DNA of 64,000 bases from Nitrosopumilus sp. (GTDB lineage Archaea; Thermoproteota; Nitrososphaeria; Nitrososphaerales; Nitrosopumilaceae). The stretch covers positions 32,001 through 96,000 of the forward strand of contig OY759726.1 of NCBI GenBank assembly GCA_963662625.1, written 5' to 3'. A program made the position numbers and the translations under genes. Of the stretch, positions 18,758 through 31,089 are shown one piece after another. Numbering within the stretch: position 1 is the stretch's first letter; every line of letters starts with the position of its first letter. The notes under the pieces were generated by a model, which made no database searches, had not been told where the DNA came from, and worked only from the letters and a program-made list of their open reading frames with translations.

Positions 18758-19024
18758 GGGGGCGCGGCATGGCATCGGGCGCCCCGCCTGCACGCTCGGG
18801 GCGCCGCGATCAAAGCCCGCCTCTGCCCGGCAGCGCTGATCCCGCGGGCGTTTGCCGGGTGCCGAAGCGGGATCCGATCTGCATCGCATGGCATTCACCT
18901 GGAGCTGTCGGCACCGCCGTTTTACTCCGACTGCCTCCCGAGTTATGCCGTTACGGCATCCCTCGCTTCGGGCTGCAGGTCCCTGGCGTCGTCTTGGGCG
19001 GAGCGCTCCAGGGCGCTTTGTTGC

Positions 19025-22000
19025 CTACGGCGCAGGCACTAGGCCGACCTCCATGGGGACGGTCGAGCCGGGTGCCGGGGCGCTTGCAAGGAGCGTGCCG
19101 TAAAAGCTCACGCCGCCCGCGACGTGGACGGGTGACGTCGGGACTACGCCGTACCCCTGCGGTACTGCGGCCACCCACGCCAGAAAGTCCGCCGGGACGA
19201 GGCCCTCCTTGCCCGCGGTGCCGTCGGTCCCCGTGGTGATGCCCTGCAGCTGGTTGGTGGTGTACGTGTAGACGTGCACGGTGACTCCCGGGACGGCCGC
19301 CTCCCCGGCATCCCGCGCCCCGTTGCCGTTGTTGTCCTGGTATGCCGTTATGCCGAGCGTCACCGCCTCCGACTGTTCCACCGGGCGGAACCCCACGTCA
19401 AACGTCACCGGGGTCCCCCCGGCCGGGTGCGCGTACCTGAAGAACTGCCCCGTGGTGATGGTGTGGTCGAACGGGAAGTAGGTCGCCTGGACCACCACCG
19501 TCTCTGACGCGTCAAGCCCCGCAAACTCGTACGCGCCGTCCGCCCCGGTGACCGCCTCCAGGACCGTCTCCGGGTCTGCCAGGTCAATGGCGTACATAGA
19601 GTAGCCCGGAATTCCCGGCTCCCCGGCGTCCCGCGTCCCGTCCCCGTCGGCGTCGGTGAACACCGTGCCCGTGACCGTTGGGGTACTGCCTCCGGTGTCG
19701 CCCCCCACGGTTATCGTCAGGTCCCTTGAGTTGGGCGACGCAAAGCCCCCGGTGGACACTATGGTGACGTCGTAGGAGGGCTTTGCGTATGTCGCGGACT
19801 TGGACTGCAGCGCGCCCCCTAGCATCTCAAACAGGTCCCCGTCGCCCCCCGGGGCCACGGCGTATGCCGGGGCCTGGGCCGCCAGGAAGGCGTTCTGCGC
19901 CGCGATGGTGGCCACCGTGGTGTCGCCGTCGTTGACCGCAGTGTCGCTTGGCACTATGTACCAGTCGCCGAGGTTCTGGTCGAAGGACCTGGCGGCGTAG
20001 AACATGTCGGACATGTTGATGACAGACGAGACGTCCCAGGAGCCGAGGGGCTGGTTGAATGAGAAGGCAGCGCTGAACATCTCGTCCATGTAGGCCACCG
20101 ACGAGACGTCCCAGGAGCCGAGGGGCTGGTCGAAGGACCGGGCATGCCTGAACATCTCGTCCATGTATAGCACCGACGAGACGTCCCAGGAGCCGAGGGG
20201 CTGGTTGAATGAGAAGGCAGCGCTGAACATGCCTCCCATGTATGCTACCGACGAGACGTCCCAAGAGTCCAAGGGCTGGTCGAAGGAGGTGGCATAGGCG
20301 AACGTCTCGCTCATGTTGGTGGTGTTGGAGACATCCCATCTGGAGATGTCGCCGTTGAAGGCGTCGGCGTCGTAGAACATACGGGACATGTCCGTGACGC
20401 CTGAGAGGTCGGGGGCGTCCGCCGCGCTGTACGTCATGTTGTCCGCATACGCGAACGCAGACTCCATCGTGGTCCAAGACGCCGTGCCCCACTGCGCTAT
20501 GGAGCGGATCTTGGCGGCGTTCCCGGGATCCCCGCCCAGATAGATCCTGGTAAAGTCGCCGTATATCTGTACCATGTGGGCCCCAGGGACGGCGTACACG
20601 TGAGTGGCGTCCCCCGTGTGAGTGGTGGCGCTGCCGTCGCCCCAGTCCACCGTGTAGGTGCCGGCGGCGCCGCCTACCGGGATGGTTATGGCCTCGCCTG
20701 CCGCGGTCGTCTCCCATAACGTTATGAACGCGTCGGGGGAGGGGATCGACACGCCGGAGCTGTCAGTGGTGTTTGTCGCCCGCGTCCCCGTGTTTCCCGC
20801 GACGTCCCCAAAGTCGATGGTAAACGTCACGGGGCCCACGCCGTCCGTGCCGTCGATCGTCCTGGCCGCGCTCCAGTTATCGCCTCCGTTGCTGGCAGGT
20901 GCGGCCTGGCCTCCGTTGATCGTCACGCTTGGAGTGGTTATTTCCTCCGAGGCGGTGAAAGCCAGGGTCACCACGTCGCCCACCACGGCGATTCCAGGAC
21001 TGGCGTTTGAGGAGTCCATGGAGACCGCAGTCAGGCGTGGGGCCTGGCCGTCGGCCACCGGTGCGACGAACGGGCCTGTGACTGCATTCCCGTCGCCGTC
21101 CGTGATTCCCGTGCCGACGTACATCGATCCGGTGGCGTCGGTCGGCACCGGCGGGCCTGCAAACGCAAGCGTGACGGTACCGGTGCCGGAACCCGAGATT
21201 CCCGTGAACTTTCTGGCATCGGTCTCGCCCGATATGGTGATGTCAACAAAGTTGTCCAGCGTGGCGGTGACAGGCTTGGAGAATGCAATGGCGATCGAGT
21301 TTGGAGCGGCGATGCCGGCAGAGGAGAATATGGACGGCGGGGGCGACCCGGCGCCCGCCACCACCCGCCCCGCGGCCCACGGGTGCAGGGAATCAGAATA
21401 CGACACGGTGCTGTCATACATAAATGTCCTAGAGTATGTTTCCCCCCTCAAAAGGCCCCCACTGTCAAACCCGCCGCCGACTGAGGAATGACCGGTTATG
21501 CGTATCTCCTCTGTGTCCGCATTGATCCACGTTACGGTGTCGCCGACCGCAACGTCCAGCGTGTCCGGGAAGAAGCACGGGTTGCAGGCCGGGTTGGCGT
21601 TGTACAATGCCAGGACATCGGAGTTTGCAAGCATTGCCACATCTACCCTGCCAGTCCCGTCCTGGTTGGACTTTGGGTGGCGGGACTCCACCGTGGACTC
21701 CAGCAGGAGCTGCACCTCGTCGACTGTGGCATCTGGGTACTTTTGCATCACCAGCGCGGCGGCTCCGGCGACGTGCGGGGCGGCGGCCGAAGTTCCGCAA
21801 TAGGAGTCGTAAGTTGAGGTACTGACGCAGGTGGGACCCGCGATGTCCGGCTTGACCCTCCCGTCCAGCGTGGGGCCTTGGGAGCTGTAGTCCGCAAGTA
21901 TGTCATTCCACCAGTTACTCGCTCCCACGGCCATGGCGTCAGGTGAGTTTGCCGGGATTTCGATGCTGTGGCGGGCAACGGCATGCTCGTTAAAACTAGA

Positions 22001-23201
22001 CCAATATGAGAAAAGCTGAAAGTCCACGGCCTCGGTGGCAGAATGTCTTTCTATTACTATGTGGGCGGTAGTTTCGCTCTGAAAAGTATGCTCAACGTAT
22101 TCATACGGATCAAAGCCGGGTTGGTGGTTTTCGGAGGAAGCCAGCAGGTTAAAATCCTCGTCATACAGGTAAAGGTCATAGTCCTGCGAGGGCGAGTCCC
22201 ACCAGGTGAGAGTTGTGCTGAATGTATTGCCCGGGAATACGCTGACGTCAATCGTCTCATCATCACCTGAGAAGTTATGTAGGCCGTCGCCGTCAGGATC
22301 CGAGAACCGTCCTTCCCAGTGAGAGTTCCCCGAGTTGCCTGCACTGTTGACCCACAGGATCCCGCTGTCCCTCGCCTCGCTCACCTGTCGTTCCACCCGG
22401 TTCGTTCCGTCGGCGGGCCACGCGTTGCCAGCCCATGCCATAGACATCGACACGATGTCGATGTCGCCGCGGGCGATTATGTGGTCTACCATGTTGAGGT
22501 GCTCCACGTCGGTGCGAGAATTGTAGAGGTACAGATCCGCGTCCGGGGCGACGTCCGCTATGACCTCGGCGGAGGCTGTGCCGTGGTCGGTGTCGAAACC
22601 CGTGATTCCATCATGGGAGTCAAAAGACATGTACTCTAATGTTTGCCGCGATCTCTGGGTTGTAGATGTCAAATCCGGTGTCGAGCACCGCCACCCTGAC
22701 CCCCTTGCCGGTGTACCCCGCACTGTTCAGCGCGTCAGAGCCCATCACGCCGGCCCCCTCGGTCACCACCGTCCCGTATCCCTGTACCGCGGGCCCGTCT
22801 GCATGGGTGGGCTGGATCATTGCAGGGACCGGCCTTGCAGGAAGCTTGACGAGCCTGACGTTCTCGTCGGCCGCTATGGCCCCCAGGTTCCGCACCGGGA
22901 CCGTCGCCTGCACCAGCTCCCCGTACGACGCCTCCACTGATATCCCGAGTCCCTGCGGGACGGGCGCCCCCACCCGGGCCATCTCCAGCACCACCTGGAC
23001 CGTCCTGCCGCCCGCGCCCGTCTCGGCGGCATTCGACGTTGGCTGGCCGCCCGACGCCTGTTCGTAGAGGGCCGCGAGCCTGGAGTCCATGTTGTGGAAC
23101 TTTTTTTCTGCGCCTGCCGCCGGGGGCAGTTCCTGGGCATGGGCCGCCGGGACCAGCGCCGCGCAGGCAAGGATTAGCGAGAACGCGAGCAGGCAGTTCA
23201 C
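19025..23201 (-). pseudogene. Large secreted S8 subtilase/adhesin (signal peptide, prodomain, S8, cupredoxin-like, Ig-like, PKD-like, DUF285/BspA-like repeats, SdrD-B-like), frameshifted near 22638
   Basis: Catalytic Asp 'VAVLDTG' lies in the upstream frame (GTG 23201 to stop 22620); His 'DHGTAS' and Ser 'GTSAAAPHVAG' lie in the downstream frame; TTATAAAA sits 22-29 nt upstream of 23201. Confidence 0.8.
19975..20400 (-). repeat. 75-bp (25-aa) DUF285-type repeats 'SFNQPLGSWDVSSV..M..MF'
   Basis: About five copies visible in both DNA and protein. Confidence 0.85.
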
Positions 23202-23419
23202 GCGACGGGTTATTTTCGGGCATTTTATAAGTGGAGCGTGCGCGCGCCGCGGTGAGCCCGGTGGCGGGCGGCCCCACGGCGGGCGGCCCTGCCCGGAAGG
23301 CGCCGGCAGCCCCGCCTGGTCTTGCGCAGGCGCGCGCCGCCGGGCCCGCGGGCGCGGGCCTGGGCGCGGACGGCTTCCCGGATCAAGGGTTAAATACGCC
23401 GCGCGGATCCCCAATTGGG

Positions 23420-24076
23420 ATGCTCGTGATAAACTGCAAGAACTACGGGGAGGTCGCCGGGGCCGGGATAACCAGGCTCGTGGGGGCGGCGGCGGCGGCC
23501 TCGGAGAGGTACGGGGTCAGGATCGCGGTGGCGCCCCCGCAGCACCTGGCGGGCCTGGCCGCCGGCGGCCCGGCGGAGATCCTCGCGCAGCACGCGGACT
23601 GCGCGGGGCCTGGCAGCACGACGGGGCACGTGGTGCCGGAGCTGCTCAAAAAGTCCGGGATCGCGGGATCGCTCATAAACCACAGCGAGCGCAGGATCCC
23701 GCCCGGCGAGATCCGGTGCCTGGTGGAGAGGCTGTCGGGGCTGGGGATGACCTCGATAGTCTGCGCGAGGGACGTCGGGGAGGCGAGGAGGTACGCGAGG
23801 CACGGCCCGGACTATGTCGCCATAGAGCCGCCCGACCTCATCGGCTCCGGGAGGTCGGTGTCCACGGAAAGGCCGGAGATCATCACCGCGGCGGCCGACG
23901 CCGTGCGGTCCGCGGGGAACGGGACGGGGCTCCTGTGCGGCGCCGGCATATCGTCCGGGCGGGACGTGGCGAGGGCCATGGAGCTCGGCTCCGACGGCGT
24001 CCTAGTGGCAAGCGGCATCGTCAAGGCGAGGGGGTGGCGCAGGGCGATCGCGGGGCTCGCCAAGTCAATGGTTTAA
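23420..24076 (+). CDS. tpiA: Triosephosphate isomerase (archaeal type)
   Basis: 'INCKNY', 'INHSERR', '[11 protein letters not shown]', 'LCGAGI'; TTAAATA upstream. Confidence 0.95.
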   Translation: MLVINCKNYGEVAGAGITRLVGAAAAASERYGVRIAVAPPQHLAGLAAGGPAEILAQHADCAGPGSTTGHVVPELLKKSGIAGSLINHSERRIPPGEIRCLVERLSGLGMTSIVCARDVGEARRYARHGPDYVAIEPPDLIGSGRSVSTERPEIITAAADAVRSAGNGTGLLCGAGISSGRDVARAMELGSDGVLVASGIVKARGWRRAIAGLAKSMV

Positions 24077-24107
24077 TAACCCACCCCGGGAGTGGATTAT
24101 CACAAGA

Positions 24108-26759
24108 ATGAAGCGTGTCTATTTTTTCGACGAGGGCGACGGCGTCGGCAGGAAGGTCCTGGGCGGCAAGGGCGCCGGCCTCTGCGAGATGACGGGGCTG
24201 AAGCTGCCCGTCCCGCCGGGGTTCGTCATCACCACCGGCACCTGCAGGGAGTACTATGCCGGGGGCAGGAAGCTCCCGAGGGCCCTGATGGCAGAGGTGA
24301 AGAGGAACATCGCGAGGATAGAGGCCGCCACCGGGAAGGGGTGGAACTCCCGGAAGGACCCGCTGCTGGTGTCGGTCAGGTCGGGCGCGGCGCTCTCGAT
24401 GCCGGGGATGATGGACACGATACTCAACCTGGGGCTCAACGACGAGACGGCCGGCGGCCTGGCCGAGAAGAGCGGGAACCCCAGGTTCGCGTGGGACTCG
24501 TACAGGAGGTTCGTCCAGCTGTTCGGCAAGGTGGTCTTCGGCGTCGACGACGGGAAGTTCGACGCCGTGCTGGAGGCCGCGAAGGACAGGCAGGGGGCCA
24601 GCTCCGACGGCGACCTTGACGCCGGCTCGCTGAGGGGCGTGGTCGCGAAGTACAAGAAGATATGCGAGAGGCACTCCGGGAGGGCGTTCCCCTCGGACCC
24701 CACCGAGCAGCTGGAGCTGGCCATAAGGGCGGTGTTCGGCAGCTGGATGGGCGAGAGGGCGGTGGTGTACAGGGAGAAGAACGGCGTCACGAAGGACGTC
24801 GCCGACGGGACGGCCGTGAACGTGGTGGCCATGGCGTTTGGCAACATGGGGGACGACTCGGCCACGGGCGTGGTCTTCACCAGGAACCCCGGCGACGGCT
24901 CCAGGCACATCTACGGCGAGTACCTGGTGAACGCGCAGGGCGAGGACGTCGTGGCGGGCGTGAGGACCGGGAAGCAGGTCGGCCTGATGGAGGGCGAGAT
25001 GCCAGGGCCCTACAGGCAGCTGGCCGAGACGTGCGAGAGGCTCGAGAGGCACTACCGGGAGCCCCAGGACATAGAGTTCACCGTGGAGCAGGGCAGGTTC
25101 TACCTGCTGCAGACGCGCAGCGCCAAGATGAACGCCGCGGCCATGGTAAAGGCGTCGGTAGACATGGTGAGGGAGAGGCTGATAAGCAGGGACAGGGCCA
25201 TCGCCAGGCTGGACGCCGGGCAGCTCGAGCAGCTGCTCCACAGGACGATAGACTCGGGGGCGGCCGGGGGGCACCGCCTGCTGGCCACTGGGATCGCCGC
25301 GTCGCCGGGCGCCGCCAGCGGGGTCGCGGTGTTCGACGTGAAGAAGGCCGCGGCCATGGGCGAGGGCGGCGCCAAGGTGATACTGGTCCGGGAGGAGACA
25401 AAGCCGGAGGACGTCCCGGCGTTCTTCGAGTCGGCCGGCATCCTCACCAGCAGGGGCGGCAAGACGTCGCACGCCGCGGTGGTCGCCAGGGGCATGGGCA
25501 AGCCGTGCATCGTGGGGTGCCCGGGCATAGGGATCGACCACGCCGCGGGGAAGTTCACCGCGGGCGGCGCCACCGTGAGGGAGGGCGACACCATAACCAT
25601 AGACGGCGGCGGCGGCGCGGTGTACCTGGGCGACGTCCCGACCATCGAGCCCAAGATCACCGACGACTTCAGGACCGTCCTCGGGTGGGCGCAGAAGGCC
25701 AAGAGGATCGGCGTCAGGGCGAACGCAGACACCCCGGAGGGCGCGAGGCTCGCCAGGGAGGCCGGCGGCCGGGGGATAGGCCTGTGCAGGACGGAGAGGA
25801 TGTTCAACGGCAAGGACCGCATAGGGCTGTTCGTCAGCATGATAATGGCCGAGACGGCCGCGGAGAGGAAGATGGCGCTGGCCAGGCTGGGCAGGCTCCA
25901 GAAGAGCGACTTTGTGAAGATACTGAGGACCATGGAGGGGTACCCCGTGACCATACGGCTGCTGGACCCCCCGCTGCACGAGTTCCTGCCAAACCCCGAG
26001 GAGCTGGCGGGGAGCGTGCGCAGGCTGGAGTCGCGCGGGAAGAAGTCCGAGGCGGCCAAGGCCGCCGCGGTGCTCAAGAGGGCGAGGGAGCTGGCCGAGG
26101 TGAACCCCATGATGGGGCACAGGGGGGTGAGGGTCGGCATCACGCACCCGGAGATATACGAGATGCAGATGAGGGCCGTGTTCGACGCGGCCGCGGAGCT
26201 GGCCAAGAAGAAGATCAGGGCGCGCCCCCAGATAATGATCCCGCAGGTCAGCAGCGCCGCGGAGCTCGACCACGTCAAGGGGATATACGACTCCGTCAGG
26301 AGGGAGGCCGAGGCCCGGCACAAGGCCAGGATAAGGATCAGCTTCGGCACGATGATCGAGGTGGTCAGGGCCGCGGTCACCGCCGACGAGCTTGCCGGCA
26401 CCGCGGAGTTCTTCAGCTTCGGGACCAACGACCTCACCCAGGGGACGTTCAGCTTCAGCAGGGAGGACGTGGAGGGGAAGTTCCTCCCGGAGTACGTGGA
26501 GAAGGAGATCCTCGACAGGAACCCGTTCCAGTCCATCGACGTCGCCGGGGTCGGGAGCCTCATGAGGACCGGCATATCGCTGGGCAGGAAGGCGAGGCCG
26601 GGCATGGAGGTCGGCATCTGCGGCGAGCACGGCGGGGACCCGGGCTCCATCGCGTTCTGCCACGGCGCGGGCCTGAGCTACGTCAGCGCCTCGCCGCACA
26701 GGATCCCCATAGCCATAGTGGCCGCCGCCCAGGCCGCGATAGCGGGGGACGGCCAATAG
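24108..26759 (+). CDS. ppdK: Pyruvate, phosphate dikinase
   Basis: 'LGGKGAGL', 'SMPGMMDT', 'GGKTSHAAVVARG', 'SFGTNDLTQ', 'CGEHGG'. Confidence 0.97.
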   Translation: MKRVYFFDEGDGVGRKVLGGKGAGLCEMTGLKLPVPPGFVITTGTCREYYAGGRKLPRALMAEVKRNIARIEAATGKGWNSRKDPLLVSVRSGAALSMPGMMDTILNLGLNDETAGGLAEKSGNPRFAWDSYRRFVQLFGKVVFGVDDGKFDAVLEAAKDRQGASSDGDLDAGSLRGVVAKYKKICERHSGRAFPSDPTEQLELAIRAVFGSWMGERAVVYREKNGVTKDVADGTAVNVVAMAFGNMGDDSATGVVFTRNPGDGSRHIYGEYLVNAQGEDVVAGVRTGKQVGLMEGEMPGPYRQLAETCERLERHYREPQDIEFTVEQGRFYLLQTRSAKMNAAAMVKASVDMVRERLISRDRAIARLDAGQLEQLLHRTIDSGAAGGHRLLATGIAASPGAASGVAVFDVKKAAAMGEGGAKVILVREETKPEDVPAFFESAGILTSRGGKTSHAAVVARGMGKPCIVGCPGIGIDHAAGKFTAGGATVREGDTITIDGGGGAVYLGDVPTIEPKITDDFRTVLGWAQKAKRIGVRANADTPEGARLAREAGGRGIGLCRTERMFNGKDRIGLFVSMIMAETAAERKMALARLGRLQKSDFVKILRTMEGYPVTIRLLDPPLHEFLPNPEELAGSVRRLESRGKKSEAAKAAAVLKRARELAEVNPMMGHRGVRVGITHPEIYEMQMRAVFDAAAELAKKKIRARPQIMIPQVSSAAELDHVKGIYDSVRREAEARHKARIRISFGTMIEVVRAAVTADELAGTAEFFSFGTNDLTQGTFSFSREDVEGKFLPEYVEKEILDRNPFQSIDVAGVGSLMRTGISLGRKARPGMEVGICGEHGGDPGSIAFCHGAGLSYVSASPHRIPIAIVAAAQAAIAGDGQ

Positions 26760-26793
26760 TCTTTAATGTGGCGCGGCCCACAACACCGCCGTA

Positions 26794-27351
26794 TTGCTCC
26801 CAAGGATCGACTCGATAAGGCAGATGAGGGCGAAGATCGGCGTCACGCAGAAGAAGCTGGCGTCCATGGCGGGGGTCAGCACGTCGATGATCAACCAGAT
26901 CGAGTCGGGCAGGAGCAGGCCTAGCTACGACACGGCCAAGAGGATCTTCGACAGCCTGGCGAGCCTGGAGGGGAGGTCGGCGTCACACAGCGCGGGGGAC
27001 TTTTGCAACAGGTCTGTGGTGAAGCTGGGCCCGTCGGACACGCTGCACGGCGCGATAAAGAAGATGCGGCAGATGTCGATCAGCCAGATCCCCGTGTTCG
27101 ACGGGCAGGAGCTGGTCGGCGTGGTGTCCGAGGACGGCATCATAAGGCACATCGCCGACGCCGGGGAGGCCGGGCTGAAGGACTCGGCCCTGGGGCAGGC
27201 CATGGACCCCGCCCCGCCCGTGGTGGACTATGACACCCCGGCCAACGTCCTGGTGCCCCTGATCAGGTACTCCAAGTGCATCCTGGTGTCGAAGAACGCG
27301 AAGATCGTGGGGATCATCACCGCGTCCGACACGCTGAGGATGATGGGGTAG
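26794..27351 (+). CDS. XRE-HTH plus CBS-pair transcriptional regulator
   Basis: 'TQKKLASMAGVSTSMINQIESG' followed by two CBS motifs. Confidence 0.9.
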   Translation: MLPRIDSIRQMRAKIGVTQKKLASMAGVSTSMINQIESGRSRPSYDTAKRIFDSLASLEGRSASHSAGDFCNRSVVKLGPSDTLHGAIKKMRQMSISQIPVFDGQELVGVVSEDGIIRHIADAGEAGLKDSALGQAMDPAPPVVDYDTPANVLVPLIRYSKCILVSKNAKIVGIITASDTLRMMG

Positions 27352-27359
27352 CCGGCGCC

Positions 27360-27752
27360 CTAGGGGCGCGAGCAGAGCTCCGCCAGGACGCCGCCCAGCG
27401 ACCTCGGGTGGACGAACGTGACCCTGCTGCCGCCGGAGCCGGGCCGCACCTCCCCCAGGAACCGTATGCCGCAGCCCCGCATCCTCGACACCTCGCCGTC
27501 GATGTCGTCGGTCTCGAGGGCCACGTGGTGGAGCCCCGGGCCCCTCTTCTCCAGGAACTTCTTGATCGGGCTGGAGTCGCCCGTCGGCTGCATCAGCTCG
27601 ATCCTGGCGTTCTCGAGCCGGATTATCGCCACCCTGACGCCCTCCGACTCCACCGTCTCGAACTCCACCTCGGCCGCGCCCAGCGCCTCCTTGTAGGCCC
27701 TGGCCGACTCCTCCACGTCGTCCACGGCGATCGCCACGTGGTCGATCCTCAC
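27360..27752 (-). CDS. mce: Methylmalonyl-CoA epimerase
   Basis: 'IDHVAIAV', 'IELMQP', 'GPGLHHVA', 'FVHP..LGGVLAE'; adjacent to the mutase. Confidence 0.93.
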   Translation of the reverse strand: MRIDHVAIAVDDVEESARAYKEALGAAEVEFETVESEGVRVAIIRLENARIELMQPTGDSSPIKKFLEKRGPGLHHVALETDDIDGEVSRMRGCGIRFLGEVRPGSGGSRVTFVHPRSLGGVLAELCSRP

Positions 27753-29339
<1,587 letters not shown>

Positions 29340-29345
29340 CCCGCG

Positions 29346-30266
29346 TCACCCCACCAGCCTCTTCGTTATCCGGTCGGCCGCGTCGTACGGGTCGATCTCC
29401 CTCGCCTGGAGCCTCCCCAAGTACCGCTTGAACGCCCGGTCAGAGTCTAGCATCTCGGAGATCCTGTCACGGGCGCCACTTAAAACGATATCCTTGAGCT
29501 CGGCCTCGAGGCGGGAGGCGTCGGCGTCCCCCTTGGAACCCCTCCTGTCGAGCATCATCCTCTTGAGCTCCCGGGCCAGGCCGGCGATCCCCTTGCCCTG
29601 CTTGGCCGAGGTCGTGAGCACCAGCGGCCTGTGCTCGGTCGTGCCGATAAAGTCCATCACGGCCACGTGCAGCTGGTTCGCGCCCGGGAGGTCGCTCTTG
29701 TTGACCAGGTATATGTCCCCGATCTCCGTCAGCCCCGCCTTGATGGTCTGTATGCTGTCGCCCGTGTGCGGGTTGAAGACCACCACGGTGATGTCGGCGA
29801 TGTTGGAGATCTCCACCTCGGTCTGCCCCGCCCCGACGCTCTCGATGATTATGGGGTCAAAGCCGGCGTATTCCAGCACGCGGACGCTGTTGCGGAGCGA
29901 GGCCGACACGGCCCCCGTGGCGCCCCTCGAGGCGATGCTTCGGATGTAGGTGCCGGAGTCGGACGACTCGGCCATGCGCACCCTGTCGCCCAGGATCGCG
30001 CCCCCGGTGACGTGGCTGGTGGGGTCGACTGCCAGCACCGCCGGCCTGGTGCGCAGCTTGCGCAGCTCCACGGCCGTCTTGTTGATGAGCGAGCTCTTCC
30101 CGGCCCCGGCCGGCCCGGTGACGCCGATCACCACGGAGCCGCCGGTGTCCCTGAATATCCTCTTCAGGATCCTCCTCGCCCCCCGCGGGTCGTTCTCCAT
30201 TATCGTGATCGCCCGGGCGATCGCCCCGCGCTTCCCCTTCCTCAGGTCCCCGACAAGGTCCATCAC
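29346..30266 (-). CDS. meaB: Methylmalonyl-CoA mutase-associated GTPase MeaB/ArgK
   Basis: 'GVTGPAGAGKSS', 'AVDPTS..TGGAILGDRVRM', 'ESVGAGQTE', 'NKSD'. Confidence 0.93.
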   Translation of the reverse strand: MMDLVGDLRKGKRGAIARAITIMENDPRGARRILKRIFRDTGGSVVIGVTGPAGAGKSSLINKTAVELRKLRTRPAVLAVDPTSHVTGGAILGDRVRMAESSDSGTYIRSIASRGATGAVSASLRNSVRVLEYAGFDPIIIESVGAGQTEVEISNIADITVVVFNPHTGDSIQTIKAGLTEIGDIYLVNKSDLPGANQLHVAVMDFIGTTEHRPLVLTTSAKQGKGIAGLARELKRMMLDRRGSKGDADASRLEAELKDIVLSGARDRISEMLDSDRAFKRYLGRLQAREIDPYDAADRITKRLVG

Positions 30267-30322
30267 GGACAGGTGCCAGCGGGCGGCAATAAAGTCTTGC
30301 GCGCCGGCCTGGCACAGTCAAT

Positions 30323-30690
30323 TGTACGGAAAGTCGGTCCGCGCCGGATCAAGAGGACGGTAGCCGGCCATTTTAGGCCGTACCGATCACGGAAGGCCAT
30401 GACAGGAAGACTTGGTGGGGGGTCCCGGAAGTGCCCGGCCAGGCAGCGAGAGAAGGGCGTGCCGTCATCCCAAGTGGCGCGGGATCTGGGAATCACCGCC
30501 AGGCACGTGCGGGGGCCGCGGGCGGGGTTCCTGGAGACCGGGGCGGCGCGGGCGGGGACGGGCAGGCCGCGGGCCCGCATGACCGCCGCCATGATGCGGC
30601 TGGTCACCGGCGCCCCCGGGCAGGCCATCCGGCGATGGACGCGCGGTACCTTGCGCGCGCCGGCGCCCGGGCCGGCGGCTGGCGGCGCTC
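30323..30690 (+). pseudogene. Remnant left end and N-terminal HTH of an IS481-like transposase
   Basis: ATG 30399 gives 'RQREKGVPSSQVARDLGITARHVR....FLETG...GRPR'; IR-like 30323-30341 matches the inverted 436-454. Confidence 0.6.
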
Positions 30691-30693
30691 GGC

Positions 30694-31089
30694 CTAGGGG
30701 CGGGAGTAGATTACCCCTGGCGCCGGATCGCCTGCCTGGCGGATCTCGGTCTTCAGCTGCACGCGCCCCAGGTCCGGGTGGTCGACGTCGAGCACCACGG
30801 GGTGCGCCTTCCACCCGTTCTCCGGCACCCCGGGGAACGGGATCTCCTCCGTGAACTCGCTCGCGCGGATGGTCTTCTGGAACGACTCCCCCATCCCGAG
30901 CACCTCCAGCACGGCCGACCGGGTCTTGCCGGACTTGTCCAGGTAGGCCACCTCGACGTACCCGGACTCGTAGACCGCCCCGATCTCGAAGTTCTCCCGC
31001 AGCTCGGAGTCGTCGCCCTTCCCCGTGAGGAGTAGTATCGCGGCGACGGTGACCACCCCTAGGAGGATCGGGGACGCGAGCCTAGCCAT
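30694..31089 (-). CDS. Hypothetical protein with N-terminal membrane anchor
   Basis: Hydrophobic N-terminus, host-like codon usage, overlaps the aminopeptidase stop. Confidence 0.75.
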   Translation of the reverse strand: MARLASPILLGVVTVAAILLLTGKGDDSELRENFEIGAVYESGYVEVAYLDKSGKTRSAVLEVLGMGESFQKTIRASEFTEEIPFPGVPENGWKAHPVVLDVDHPDLGRVQLKTEIRQAGDPAPGVIYSRP

